From an uncultured virus (IMG/VR IMGVR_UViG_3300037424_001060) (Duplodnaviria; Heunggongvirae; Uroviricota; Caudoviricetes): a stretch of DNA of 64,000 bases. The DNA lies in IMG/VR virus record IMGVR_UViG_3300037424_001060, one strand, 5' to 3'. The notes under the pieces are model-generated. The model searched no databases. It was not told the origin of the DNA and worked only from the letters and a program-made list of their open reading frames with translations. Below are positions 17,295-29,134 of the stretch, one piece after another; the first letter of the stretch is position 1, and the number at the start of each line of letters is the position of its first letter. The position numbers and the translations under genes were made by a program.

Positions 17295-18704
17295 GTGGCA
17301 TATCTTTTGATTCAGAATGTTGGGGTGGCACCGATTGAGGCCTACACTCTGCTAGGAGCCAGTCTCTCTCGTGACAATGAGACGCTTATCGGGCAGTTTG
17401 GTAGCGGCAGCAAGCTTGCTATCGCAACGCTTCTGCGACGAGGACTCAAGGTCACGATTTACTGCGGGCTCACCCGCCTGGACTTCAAGACCAAGACCAT
17501 CGAGGTATCTGACGGCGTCACCAGCAAGCTGGAGAAGCAAATCTACGTCCAATTCGGCGGCACCAGCACCCGGAAGCAAGATCTTGGTTGGACACTGGGG
17601 ATGGGCGAGCTGGACTGGGGCACCAACCACACCATGGCGCTGCGTGAGTTCGTGTCGAACGCCATAGACCGCACAATCAAGTCTGGCGTCAGTGTACGCG
17701 AGGCGCACACCGATTGCGATTTGATTGTTACTGTTGTGCCGGACGACGCCGTACGGGCGCAGAAGGACCACACCCGTGTGTTCGTCGAGGCCGATGAGGA
17801 TGTACAGAAGTACGCCGACGAACTGCCCGCCCGCTTCCTACACTTCACCAGCCAAGACCTGACCCAGCGGATTCTTCCGAAGCTGGGGTCCTCCCGCAAG
17901 GCGCAGATCTACCTGGAAGGCGTGTTCGTCTGCGAGCTGACCAACAGCTCGGACAGCATGTGTGACTACAATTTCAGCAAAACACAGTTGAAGATCGACG
18001 AGGCCCGCAATCTGGATGAGTACAGTGTACGAGCCGCCATCGGCAAACTGTATCGGGACGCGGGTGTGGATGATCTTGTTCGACTGTTCACCGCGCTCAG
18101 CCGAGGCGTCGAGTGCCTGGAAACAGGCCTGGACAGCTACTACATCAAGCCGAATAGCTGGGAGAACAACGACCAGCGGCGTGAGCGCTGGCTGGCGGCG
18201 TGGGAAAAAGTCAACGGCGAGAAGACAGTGGCCTGCGGGCACGACCAGGGAATCGTCGGCGAATATGCCCGCCGTAAGGGTTACGACTTGGCCGTTATTC
18301 GTCAGGCCGCTTGGCTTGACACGGTGAAAGAGTATGGCATCCCGACCGTCGGGGACGTCCTGGACGCCAACGAGAAGAAAGGTCGCAGACTGACCGCGCC
18401 CACTTTCGAGGCCATCGACGCCATAAACCAAGCGTGGGCGTGGGTGGCGTCCACCGACCTGATGCCTCTCGAACTGGTCAAGCCGACCGTTCGAGGGTTC
18501 GATGAGCTGATGGAAGCCGAGAGTGATACGCTAGGCTTCTATGATCCAAAGACGCGAGAAGTGTACATTCGAAACGACGTGGGCGGCGAGCTGCTGTTAG
18601 AAACAGCGCTCGAAGAGGTTGGCCACTACATCACCGGGGCGGCAGACGGGTCGCGCGACTTCGCCACGTTCTTCATGCGACTATTTGTGAGATGGATGCG
18701 ATGA
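17295..18704 (+). CDS. GHKL (Hsp90/MutL-like) ATPase-domain protein
   Basis: IGQFGSGSK (G-box) and ALREFVSNAID (N-box). Confidence 0.7.
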   Translation: MAYLLIQNVGVAPIEAYTLLGASLSRDNETLIGQFGSGSKLAIATLLRRGLKVTIYCGLTRLDFKTKTIEVSDGVTSKLEKQIYVQFGGTSTRKQDLGWTLGMGELDWGTNHTMALREFVSNAIDRTIKSGVSVREAHTDCDLIVTVVPDDAVRAQKDHTRVFVEADEDVQKYADELPARFLHFTSQDLTQRILPKLGSSRKAQIYLEGVFVCELTNSSDSMCDYNFSKTQLKIDEARNLDEYSVRAAIGKLYRDAGVDDLVRLFTALSRGVECLETGLDSYYIKPNSWENNDQRRERWLAAWEKVNGEKTVACGHDQGIVGEYARRKGYDLAVIRQAAWLDTVKEYGIPTVGDVLDANEKKGRRLTAPTFEAIDAINQAWAWVASTDLMPLELVKPTVRGFDELMEAESDTLGFYDPKTREVYIRNDVGGELLLETALEEVGHYITGAADGSRDFATFFMRLFVRWMR

Positions 18705-19494
18705 AACTAGCAGCATACAAAGCAGGTGCACGAGTACCGATACTCGATGTAACCAACCCAGATTCGGTCGTGCTGGAAGTGGTGTTGGATGATGATCGGA
18801 CAGTACAGATCGCTGTGAGCAACAAAGGACTTGTGAGTCTCCGAGGCTGGGGAAATGTACCGGCCAAGGTAGGAAACTGGAACAAGCTGGAATTTACAGC
18901 CGAGTTGCAGAAGGAAGATGCTAATCACTGTGAGAAGTGCTACTGTCCTCTTACTGGCTCCGCCAGAATAAAGTGCAACTGCAAATGAGAATGACACAAG
19001 AGGAACGCAAGCAGACCGTCCTATATGCACCGGCTGACCAAGCGGCCGCGCTCGTTTTCATGTGGGTGAAGAGCGGGGTTATCACGTTGCGAGAATTCAA
19101 GGAACTCTACCCAAACATCGACCGAGCACGCGAATGAAAGACCTACTAACAGCCGACCAACGAGAAGCCATTCTACTGGAAATATTCCGGCGGTACCAGT
19201 ACGGATGTAGCTTGCGGGCGCTTCGAGACATCGTGCCCGATGTGCCGGATGATATCATCTGTGAATTTGTCGATGAGGCGTTTAACGTCCTGGTTGATTG
19301 GAGCGCAAATTGAAACGATACATCATCACCTATCAACTGCGAGACAGCAACGGATCGTTGGTAGCATACCCATTTACAACTGTCACCACGTGCGATCCGT
19401 TGTTCTGGTATGACAATCGCAAATGGACCGCCGAGCACAATCCATCATACTGGGACATGGAGTGTGTTATCCTGATGATTTATGAGGTGAAGCC

Positions 19495-19908
19495 ATGAAA
19501 GTAACAGTTGTGTTCACTGACGAGGGCGGGCCCGTCATAAACAAAACTCTCGGCCTCACATTTACACACGCGCTCATTCGCTTTGGAGATGACAAAAACT
19601 ACTACGAGGCCACTTGGCCGGTAGTATGCAAGTCGGCAAACTACAAATATACGGCCCGCTTTCTGTATGTGTTCGACGCCCCTTATGATGACGTGTTGAA
19701 CATGCAGAGGTACGCCGACAGCCAGCTTGGACGCCGGTACAGCTTCTGGGGCTATTTCTTTCCATCCCTGTATGGAAAGACTCGCGGCATTTACTGCTCA
19801 CAATATGTGTGCGATGTGCTGCGAGCCGGAAACATTCCGATCCCCAAGGGAGCTGGCTGGTCACCTGACAAGCTATTGAAAGCGTTGCGAACCTACAATA
19901 TACAATAA
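19495..19908 (+). CDS. Permuted papain-like (YiiX/NlpC-P60) amidase
   Basis: N-terminal FTHALI His and C-terminal YCSQYV Cys; SPDKL. Confidence 0.75.
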   Translation: MKVTVVFTDEGGPVINKTLGLTFTHALIRFGDDKNYYEATWPVVCKSANYKYTARFLYVFDAPYDDVLNMQRYADSQLGRRYSFWGYFFPSLYGKTRGIYCSQYVCDVLRAGNIPIPKGAGWSPDKLLKALRTYNIQ

Positions 19909-20231
19909 CCCCTTACCCTGAGATGTGACATGAAAATTTACGGAGTTGACGTGCCTTGCACGTCCCGGCCAAATGGAACCTTTCAACTACGCTTCCAACG
20001 GTCTGGCAAAGACCACAACCTCGGCATCTTTGACCCCAGCGAAAAGCTGGAAATGGCACAGGCCTATGCGTGCTGGATGGCGGAACATTACCAGCTAAAG
20101 GCAAACCGATGGTTTGACACGTGTGAGGCACTGGAAACGGAACTTGAAGATAGAGACGAAATTGAGAGCGATCGCGAGAACGCTCTTGACTATCAAGAGG
20201 AATTACAAGTCCTCTATGGAGATGAACTACA

Positions 20232-20441
20232 ATGAGCGGTGGACACTTCGATGGTATACCGTTTCAACTTGCAGGGCTCCCTGAAGAGATTCTGGCGCTG
20301 GCAGAGCATCATTGCCAATCCCGTGAAGCCCACGAGGCGTTTGTGAAAGCCGCCCAACTAATACGCGAGGCGATGGTATACTTGCATCGCATCGACTACT
20401 TTGTTGAGGGTGACGACGGCGAGACAACATTCTTAACCTAA
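20232..20441 (+). CDS. Hypothetical protein (MSGGHFD...), possibly truncated by an in-frame TAA
   Basis: Reading frame continues LKKDLEGLQ after the TAA to an ATGA overlap with Thg1. Confidence 0.65.
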   Translation: MSGGHFDGIPFQLAGLPEEILALAEHHCQSREAHEAFVKAAQLIREAMVYLHRIDYFVEGDDGETTFLT

Positions 20442-20467
20442 CTGAAGAAAGACTTGGAAGGGCTCCA

Positions 20468-21139
20468 ATGAACGATATCGGCGACCGAATGAAGCGCAAC
20501 TATGAAAACCGGGCGCAGACTCACTTGACGAGACGAACGCCGGTAATCATCCGGCTGGATGGACGCGCATTCCACACGTACACACGCAGCTTCTCCAAGC
20601 CATTCGACTCAACACTGATTTGGTCGATGCAGAACGCCACCCAGGCACTGGTCCACGAGGTGCAGGGGTGTGTTCTCGGCTACACCCAGTCAGACGAGAT
20701 TAGCCTACTTGTGTGCGACTGGAAGACGTTGACGTCCGAGGCTTGGTTCGACTACAATGTGCAGAAGCTGTGCAGCGTGTCGGCGTCGTTCGCGACCGTG
20801 GCGTTCAATAGCTCCATAGGTGTATGCGGAGGGTCACAGTGGGCAATGTTCGATTCGCGGTGCTTCAACATCCCCGGCTCCGAGGTAGCCAACTACTTTT
20901 TGTGGCGAACGAAGGACTGGTACCGAAACAGCGTCACCATGTACGCTCAGTCTCAGTATTCACACAAGGAACTGCACGGCAAGAGTTGTGGCGAAATGCA
21001 CGAAATGCTATACCAGAAGGGGCGGAACTGGGCCACCGACTTGAACGACGCGGAGAAGAACGGCACATTTGTAACGGAGAAAGGTAAATTATGCCTTTCC
21101 CGTGCTGCTGGCGGCGGGGGGCTCCTACTGCTACGCTGA
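20468..21139 (+). CDS. thg1: tRNA(His) guanylyltransferase / Thg1-like 3'-5' nucleotidyltransferase
   Basis: IIRLDGRAFHTYT..KPFD, GYTQSDEISL, FDSRCFNIP, NYFLWR. Confidence 0.92.
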   Translation: MNDIGDRMKRNYENRAQTHLTRRTPVIIRLDGRAFHTYTRSFSKPFDSTLIWSMQNATQALVHEVQGCVLGYTQSDEISLLVCDWKTLTSEAWFDYNVQKLCSVSASFATVAFNSSIGVCGGSQWAMFDSRCFNIPGSEVANYFLWRTKDWYRNSVTMYAQSQYSHKELHGKSCGEMHEMLYQKGRNWATDLNDAEKNGTFVTEKGKLCLSRAAGGGGLLLLR

Positions 21140-21586
21140 CATCGCGATCCTGATAGACAAGTTACTGCCGCCGGAATAACTCGAACCACATCATCGACTT
21201 TTCAAGGTGTATCATGAGCCTCAACATTTACCTTTTCGAACGCACACCCTGTATCCATTGTGACAATGGAATCGTCAGCCGTGACGTTGGCGATTTTAAC
21301 TTTTCACACAGCTACGGAGAAATGGCCAGCGTTTGTCATATCTATCCGTTCTTGTGGCGGGCACCAGAGTGTGGCATCACTAAAGCTTCCCAGTTGGTAA
21401 TGCCATTGGAGCACGCAATCAGTGTGATTCGCGACCAAAAAGATCGCTGTCTAAATGCGGCCCCGGACGGTGGATGGGGCGGGGCCAGCGGCGAATTCTT
21501 GTGTAAGCTTAAAAAGCTTCTGGAAGTGTGCAAAGAATACCCCAACGCGGAGATTAACACATCACGATGAAATCTCAGGATTTTGC

Positions 21587-21614
21587 TTGACAACGCCATA
21601 TGGCGCGGTAAGTT
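21587..21614 (+). promoter_or_regulatory. sigma70-like promoter TTGACA-N16-TAAGTT
   Basis: Consensus match in an intergenic gap. Confidence 0.6.
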
Positions 21615-23962
21615 AGTAATAGATTCAAACAACAATCCCTGCTCATTGGAGACAAGCCATGTGGCTTATTAACTACTTGCCGGGCGTGCCATCGTTTGGC
21701 GTGTTCATTGTGTTGGAAGTTCTCGTGTCTTTGGCGTTCATTTACTGGGTCTACATCAGCGACCATCGGTGGATCTAATGGACCAGTATGACACCCCGGC
21801 ATTCTCTGTGAAATATTGGGCGACAGCCGGCATCCTGCCGGTGCAGGGCCGAATGCAGGAAAGTGGTCGGTTTATGACCAAGACCGCGAACTGGTATCAA
21901 TCACTGTCAAAGAACGAATTCGCTTACACAGTCGAAGACGCCAAAGAGATGGCCGAAAAGCTTCGGGCGAAGAAATTGGTATCACTACAGAAGCAGCTCG
22001 ACAAAGTTCGAACCATGACAATCAAGGTACCAGCATGAAGGTCAACGAAGCGATCGAAGCCATTCGAGAAAACAGCAGCCTGTGGGCACGCCCAATCAGT
22101 TGGCGACTAAGCGGCGTGGCCATCCATGTTAACATGGGAACTCGTCTATCCGTCGTACCAAGTTCCACTGGAGGCCAGACTTGGTTTGTGCGGGCCGAGG
22201 ATCTGGTCGACGATTGGGAAGTCATTGACCCGGATCTCGTTCTGGATGAAGCATTCCCTTTGCTGTGAGATGACACATGACCGCCGAAGAAATTCTCAGT
22301 GAGTTGATTCACGATTTTTCAATCGAAGACTTCATCTACGAAGTGCGTAATCGAGAGGCCCTCGGATGGAAAGGGCCCAGCGTGTTGCGGTACGACGAGC
22401 TGATGAAGAGAGCCAAGGAAATCATACAGGCCTAAATATGGTCGAAGTTGAAACATTCAAGTGCAGTCTGGGGGACACCTGGACGTTCGTCCGAGTTGAC
22501 AAAGCAGCCGCCTTGGCTTTAATCAAGAGTCTAGCGGCGCAGATGCTTGACAACTCGCCCAACACCGGGCGTGCCGAGCATCGGTGTGGTGACCACGAAT
22601 TCTTTACAATCGCAGTGACGGAGTGAGGTATGGTTAGAGCACAGTATTTTACCAGAGATGGTGCGGTATTCGACACACATAAGAGCGCGGAGCGGCACGA
22701 ACTATCTCTATTCGGTGCTTGGCTCAACAGCAGACCGGAACTTGATATAAAGTCGGTTTTGGATTACTTGTCCAAACAAGACACAGACGATGACGATCCG
22801 GGGACCTTAGCCGAGTCTTTCAAGGCACATCTATACAACTACTGGCAGTCAGGGTCAACATACGATCCAGCTCCCGACGAGACAAAGCCGTGTGCAATCG
22901 AAGTCCTGCTTGAAACAATACACAGCGGGGCTGTGGTGTGCCGCACCACCTGTGATGGCAAGTGGTCAGGTAAAAACTGCATGCAAATCGAAGTGCCGAC
23001 CCTCTTCACCATGAGTGGCCCGGCCAAGTTACTGGCTACCTGGAGATTCAAATGAGCGAGCAGAACCAAGAAATCAAGCCACAGTATTTCTGTGATGCTT
23101 TGAATCAACAACTTACGTTCAACTGTGTGATTCTTTATCTGGAAGCGGCGAAGTCCATATGCGTACATGGAGTCAATATAGACTTCACGGGTTTGTATCA
23201 CAAACCCAAAGTGCTGATAGTGGAAAGTTTCGGATACACTGAGGAACACTGGTACATGGGATGCCGCGAAGTAGGCACCGACTACAACTACACATTTCAT
23301 GGCGAAAACGACGTTCCAGATTCAAGATTTTACAAGATCGCTGATAGCGTGTACGAGTATCTTAAAAGGGTATTCGACCACCAGACGGCAGTGTGCCCCG
23401 GAGCCTGAAGTCACAACTGACATTCGACTGAAGAGGAAAAAGATGCAGTGTCCAACGTGTAAGCAACCCGTGAAAGAATCCAAGCCTCATCTTTTAGATG
23501 AGACTGGGCGTGGGTTCGGTGTGTGCAATGTATTCGTTTACATGGTGCCTTTCAATGAGGTAAACAGGGGAGGTGTCAGGATCAAGGTGCTCGGAGAGCC
23601 GATCGGTTATGACCCAGTAGTCATCGTTCCCGATACTATCGAGAGCGACGGTCGGCAGTGGGTGATGTATGCCAGAGAACTCCGTGCTCCTGACAACTGC
23701 CACACTATCACAGGTACCTGTTGGGACAAGCAACCGATGCTTTACAAGATCGCAGACAACATAGGAGACATGCCGTGAGCAGATTTGAATTGGAAGAGAA
23801 CAACAGCGGGTGCCATTGCTGTGGTCTTTACATCATCGTGGACACCAAAGATGGAAACGAAGTTTGTCAAAGTGATTCCAAGGAATGGGCACAGTTGATA
23901 CTTGCCTGCCTTAACGATATCCATTAAGGACACAACAGTTGCAAACTCTCTGCCGGTTTTAT

Positions 23963-23990
23963 TTGACTTCTCACAAAAGTGTGCTATGCT
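23963..23990 (+). promoter_or_regulatory. sigma70-like promoter TTGACT-N16-TATGCT with TG extension
   Basis: Consensus match. Confidence 0.65.
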
Positions 23991-24452
23991 TGTAGCATGG
24001 TTAGACATAAGGCCCATAGGGGGTTGCAAGTGCTTGGAATCGCACAAAGAGGTAACCGACATAGCCCTAGTGATATGGTGGGCGTGGTTCTGGTCATATT
24101 GGGCGTGAAAGGTATCGACGGTGACTCGCCCCGAAAGGGAAGCCGCTAAGGCCTATATGACACGCGGTCAGAGACAACCGGACCCAGCTTCAATGCTGGC
24201 ACGTCCACTGGAGAAAACCATGAAAGTTCCTGTCAGTATTATTACCTACGGTGTTGAAGGGCCGGATGGTCAGTTTGAGTATCAAGTGTCCATAGAGAGC
24301 TATGACACGGTCATGTTCTCAATGGTCGACAGCACCGGGGAGCGAAGATACTTCGAATCCGAGGCATTTCATCTGGTTCCCTGGTGCCGAGAGCACGGAT
24401 TCAAATTGTACATCGGTGAATCAAACATCTTCGTGGAATTGAAACTTGAGAG

Positions 24453-24902
24453 ATGGTTATGAGCAGAAACACGCTCAACGACTTGTCGGCAGCGGCCAAA
24501 GACTTTCCTGGTGTCAGGGTTCACGAATCCACTTGGTCACCCATACTGGCGGCGTCCGCCCTGGCAAACAGTGCCTTATGCTGCGATTTGCAACGTGGTG
24601 GTCACCACAAATGGGGTGAACGATTCCAGAAACTTTACGGACAGGGCCTCGCCACCAGCTATGGCGAAATCAACGCCGAGTCTTGGAAGGATCAGGAGAA
24701 CTACACACCTGCTGACCTATGGGCCGAGGCATTCCGATGCTGGAAACAGTCCAAGGCGCATTGGTTCGTCGCCAAAGAGCCTCACAAGCTATTTGGTGCG
24801 GCGATCGCCAAGAGCAGTCAGGGTATATTTTACATGACCATTGTTGTGGCCGACGGCGGCAAGCCGCTGGAAACAGCAGAAATTGACTACAAGCTGTGGT
24901 AG
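24453..24902 (+). CDS. CAP/SCP-domain-like protein
   Basis: GGHH, GEINAESW, CWKQSKAHW, FGAAIAKS. Confidence 0.65.
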   Translation: MVMSRNTLNDLSAAAKDFPGVRVHESTWSPILAASALANSALCCDLQRGGHHKWGERFQKLYGQGLATSYGEINAESWKDQENYTPADLWAEAFRCWKQSKAHWFVAKEPHKLFGAAIAKSSQGIFYMTIVVADGGKPLETAEIDYKLW

Positions 24903-24988
24903 AAGTGCTACATAACTCTTATTACGGAGGTGATGTATGAGAAATATCAACCTTTCCTTTTCTTAATAGCGGCGCACGTCGGCCACGG

Positions 24989-25020
24989 AATAGCCGGAGA
25001 AATTTCTCCGGCTATTTTGT
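24989..25020 (+). terminator. Intrinsic terminator hairpin aatagccggaga-aatt-tctccggctatt plus T-rich tail
   Basis: Perfect inverted repeat followed by ttgttt. Confidence 0.75.
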
Positions 25021-25049
25021 TTGACAGACTCGGTTTCATGCTGTATGTT
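25021..25049 (+). promoter_or_regulatory. sigma70-like promoter TTGACA-N17-TATGTT
   Basis: Consensus match immediately after the terminator. Confidence 0.7.
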
Positions 25050-25086
25050 TAGATAGAGTTCAAACAACACCCACGGAGACATACTG

Positions 25087-25323
25087 ATGATTACCTACCA
25101 GGACACATTGGAAAAGTTAGCAGCCAACCCAGACCCGATTATCCGGCAACACGCCGCCGACCTGAAGGTGTGGTACGAGCGTCGTACGAGCCTTCTGAAC
25201 CTCGTTCAAGAGGCCCTCTCGCAGCTTCGGCTGGACATGAAGTATCTTGTGTTTGACCTGGAAGCCACACGCCGCGAGCGCGACGACGCGTACGCCAAGC
25301 TGTCGAACAACCACTTCGAATGA
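25087..25323 (+). CDS. Small coiled-coil protein resembling a conserved planctomycete family (LRLDMKYLVFDLEATRRE)
   Basis: Motif recalled from Planctomycetota proteins; GGAG RBS. Confidence 0.7.
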   Translation: MITYQDTLEKLAANPDPIIRQHAADLKVWYERRTSLLNLVQEALSQLRLDMKYLVFDLEATRRERDDAYAKLSNNHFE

Positions 25324-26351
25324 AAAAACTCATACAGAATATTCGCCAGCATTTGACAGACGACTTGCTCTCGCCAAAGTGGTGGCGTCTGCGAACCCGC
25401 AAGGCCCCAACCTGATAGGCTGCACAGCCATTATCGGCGAAGGCGCGAACGGCTGGCTCATACAGGCCGACGAGCGATGTAGCGGCTATGGCTATGGCTG
25501 GTGGTGGTTTCCTTTTGATGACTGGAAAGTGGAAGAATGAGCGCAAGAGACACATTGTATGGGTACGCCAAGAAAGCCGTGGATGAAACTCGTGAGGCTT
25601 TATATCGGGAGCAAATTCGCTACGCGATGGACAAGGCAGCCGCCAACAAGAGCGAAGAAATCTATGGAAAACAAAGCGAGGTTACGCGGGCGTGGAGAAA
25701 ACTCGAACTCGAAGCTTTGGTAAAGATGCAAGCATGCTTTGACAAGCATGAAGAGGCCTTGGAAGCATACCGTTCAGTACAAGTCGATTAACGACGCTGG
25801 AACGTCCACTAAATATCAGGGAGAGCTGATGGATGAAATTGACAAAAGAATGTTGAGAGCGTTGGCCCAGGGTGACCAAGCCGAGGCTACAATTGTTGAA
25901 ACGATTACCACACTGCCTTCCGGCCTGTTTGAGTTTCACCGACAGCGCGTGCTCGCTTTAGCCGAAGCTATGCTGGCCAGCGATGAAAAAGTGATGGGAT
26001 TCATTCTATTGCTTGGGGCATACTATTCCGGCCGAATCGCTCTAAAGGCAGCCTATGATGAATACAAAAATGAACGAGACAAAACGCCGTAAGTCCTTTC
26101 GCAAGCTGGTGATAGGAGACGACATGTGGCAATACAAGGTCGGTCGTGGAGACATCATCATCTACTCACCGGACAACAAGCAGCACGCTGTTCGGCTCAA
26201 TGTGTTCCTCGGATTGGATTGGAACACAATCGAGCGATTGCATTGGAAGATGTGCGGGGATCATGCCGCCAACGTCCGGCCCGGAGCTATTCGTACGTGG
26301 ATTGAAGAGAATCTTACTTGACCAACACCTTTTGGTACTGTAGAGTTTAGC

Positions 26352-26846
26352 ATGATACAAGAACTTATCGACGACGCCCTCCGATCCGGTGTGGACATTT
26401 ACGATCATGTTGCCAACTGCATGGACGTCACACGAGAACGCGCTAAGGCGTTGTGCTACTGTTACCTATTCGGTGGCGAGGGTAACACGGCTACAGCCGG
26501 CATCGTTGATAAGATTTACGACAAGTACCCTTTTTTCAATAAGTGGAGAGACAAAGTGAGCAGCGAAACCATCAAGGTGTTTGATCCGTTGACAGGGGAC
26601 GACGCGTGGCAGCCTGCCGCGCGAGTACAGGCCGAAGACCGGATGAATCGTGTTCGTCGCTTCATTATCAAGGTCACCAATGATGGCAACCCCGACTATC
26701 GTTTGTACAGCATTCTCAGTACAAACGAAACGGACGCCAGAATGATCGCCTTCGCAATGGACGGCGGCTTCTCTCCACAAACAGACAGCTACATGGAGCA
26801 AGGCCACATCGAGCTGGCCATCACGTGGACCGAGGTGATGATTTGA
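26352..26846 (+). CDS. Hypothetical protein whose N-terminus resembles the PolA fingers/motif B region
   Basis: GVDIYDHVA...TRERAKALCYCYLFGG; own promoter at 26318-26346. Confidence 0.55.
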   Translation: MIQELIDDALRSGVDIYDHVANCMDVTRERAKALCYCYLFGGEGNTATAGIVDKIYDKYPFFNKWRDKVSSETIKVFDPLTGDDAWQPAARVQAEDRMNRVRRFIIKVTNDGNPDYRLYSILSTNETDARMIAFAMDGGFSPQTDSYMEQGHIELAITWTEVMI

Positions 26847-27142
26847 TTAGGACCTACCTTTTCATCTTCTCCGACACCACCGACAACTTACAAATCAGCG
26901 GGCGGAGTCTGCTGGATGCTATTCAATCATTCCAAGAGTTTGATGCCGGCCACGAATGGGTACAAACTGAAAACTTGATCGCAGTGTTGGAAATGCCAGG
27001 ATAATGGAACTCAAGCAACTTTACATCGAACTCGACGCGGTTGAAGCCGCAATGGAGGGGGCGATGTTTCGGCAAGAGCGGAAGGACTTGAACACCCGCC
27101 GGGCAGCATTGCTCGGTCAGATAAAGTCAATCGAAAGAGGTA

Positions 27143-27613
27143 ATGATGAACGACAACGAACCGATTCTTAGTGGCACGAAACCAGAGCTGTATAGCGGCC
27201 GGGAATGGCTAAACCGTCTCAACGAGCGAGCCAAGAACGCCAAGCTGTACAAGAATGAAGATTTCGCGCAGCGTGACATATTCGACTATCTGAAGACGAA
27301 GCGAGTGTCCCTGTGTGACATGCCAAAACACGTCTTACTCGAAGTGAAGCATCAGTATGACAAAATCTTCTTTCTGATGGAAGACGGCTACTACACAAAG
27401 ATCCAACGCGATGATAGCGAGGGGTTGGACATGTATACCATGTCGATCGACGAAGCCGACGAGATGAATCTCGTTCCCGACAATCTCATGAAAGCCTACA
27501 AAAAGGCGCGCCAAGAGTTGTCTGATTTTAAGTCGGAAGAGGAAGCCTGCCGGCTACTTACGTCGGCCGCTAAGAAACTCGGTGCCGAGAGAGTGAAGGA
27601 ATTACTATCGTGA
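27143..27613 (+). CDS. Hypothetical protein
   Basis: gagg RBS; 156-aa ORF. Confidence 0.7.
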   Translation: MMNDNEPILSGTKPELYSGREWLNRLNERAKNAKLYKNEDFAQRDIFDYLKTKRVSLCDMPKHVLLEVKHQYDKIFFLMEDGYYTKIQRDDSEGLDMYTMSIDEADEMNLVPDNLMKAYKKARQELSDFKSEEEACRLLTSAAKKLGAERVKELLS

Positions 27614-27805
27614 GCGATCTGCCTGAAATCGACAAGATCGTGGCCGACGCCTTGAGAAAGGTGAGAAAGATTCGTCATAAGAACCTCGTGTCGGACGACG
27701 CGATCGAAGAGATTCTGACGAAGCTTCCGCCGATCATCGGGGTATGTTACTACCTCGGCTGTCTAACCGTGACACGTGACGACTGCCGCATCCACGAGGA
27801 AAACA

Positions 27806-28726
27806 ATGGCCAGTACAGTTGAACAACTCACAAAGCGAAAAGTAATCAACCCGCCAAACTTCGTCGTGTCCAACACGATGTATGAGTGCATCGTTGGCTC
27901 GGTAGCATATGGTGTGGCCGACGAGTTCAGCGACTTCGACGTGAACGGATTCTGCATCCCGCCGCGCGAAGTCGTGTTCCCTCATCTGAAAGGTGACATC
28001 GAAGGCTTCGGCCGACAGAAACAGAAGTTCACCGGCTGGCAACTGCACCACGTGTTGGATGAGAACGCGCTCGGCGGCAGGGGTCGCGAGTACGACTTCA
28101 ACATCTACAACATCGTCAGCTACATGTTTCTGTGCATGGAGAACAACCCGAACATGGTGACGACGCTGTTCGTCCCTCGCGACTGCATCCTACACAGCAC
28201 CGCGATCAGCGAGATGGTGCGAGAGGCGCGCGACCTGTTCCTGCACAAAGGCTCGTGGCACAAGTACAAGGGGTACAGCTACCAGCAGCGACATAAGATG
28301 CAGGGGAAGAACCCGGAAGAGGGCAGCAAGCGATACAAACTTCGCGAGAAATACGGGTATGACACGAAGTTCGCCTATCACACCGTCCGGCTGCTGTACG
28401 AGGCCGAGATGATTCTCAACGAGCATACCATCGAACTTCGCCGAAACATCGAGCACCTGAAAGCCATCCGACGCGGAGAGGTGCCGATGGAAGCCGTTCT
28501 GGCGTGGTGTGATAGCAAGGAAACCTCGCTGGAACGCGCCTATGAGAACAGCACACTGCGCCACTACCCTGATGAGCCGGCAATCAAGACGTTGCTGCTG
28601 AACTGTCTGGAGCACCACTATGGCTCTCTGGATGGTGTTGTGGCCCGGCCCAACGAACTCACCCAGATCCTGGACTCCATTACCATCCAGATTGCTCGGT
28701 ACGAGAAGATCAAGAACCGGAGATAG
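27806..28726 (+). CDS. Pol-beta superfamily nucleotidyltransferase (RlaP/YcgL, Nuc-transf family)
   Basis: VGSVAYG...SDFDVNG, NNPN, GYDTKFAYHTVRLL, LKAIRRG. Confidence 0.88.
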   Translation: MASTVEQLTKRKVINPPNFVVSNTMYECIVGSVAYGVADEFSDFDVNGFCIPPREVVFPHLKGDIEGFGRQKQKFTGWQLHHVLDENALGGRGREYDFNIYNIVSYMFLCMENNPNMVTTLFVPRDCILHSTAISEMVREARDLFLHKGSWHKYKGYSYQQRHKMQGKNPEEGSKRYKLREKYGYDTKFAYHTVRLLYEAEMILNEHTIELRRNIEHLKAIRRGEVPMEAVLAWCDSKETSLERAYENSTLRHYPDEPAIKTLLLNCLEHHYGSLDGVVARPNELTQILDSITIQIARYEKIKNRR

Positions 28727-29134
28727 CCATGAGTGTTGCGAGATGTGACCGACTAGGGTGCCCCAGCATCATGAGTTCACGCATGAATGTGGAGGCCGAC
28801 GCCTACCTCTGCGATGATTGCTTTGAAGAGCTGGTGGCGCTCGGTCCCGGAACTGACATTGAAAAGTTCTTCGATACACCTCCGCGTCGTTATCTACAAA
28901 AGCGAGCGTCACGCGCTTTTTTCGATGCCTTGTTTCCAATGAGATAGCCATGGGAATGTTCACTGAGAATGAAGAGAAAGACAAATATCGCCAGAAGCTG
29001 GAGTGGGTCGCTCGCAACTTGCCGCGAATAAAGGACTTCGCCTTCACCGGGGATGTATATCGCGTTCAAATCAACGAGTCTGTTGACTACATCATCAAGT
29101 CGATCAACAAAACACTCGGAATAGAGGAAGGCCA

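Noticed and set aside
21100..21180. Programmed frameshift at the G-run near the Thg1 C-terminus
   Set aside because: The alternative frame gives a plausible but unverifiable tail; there is not enough evidence without a homologue alignment.
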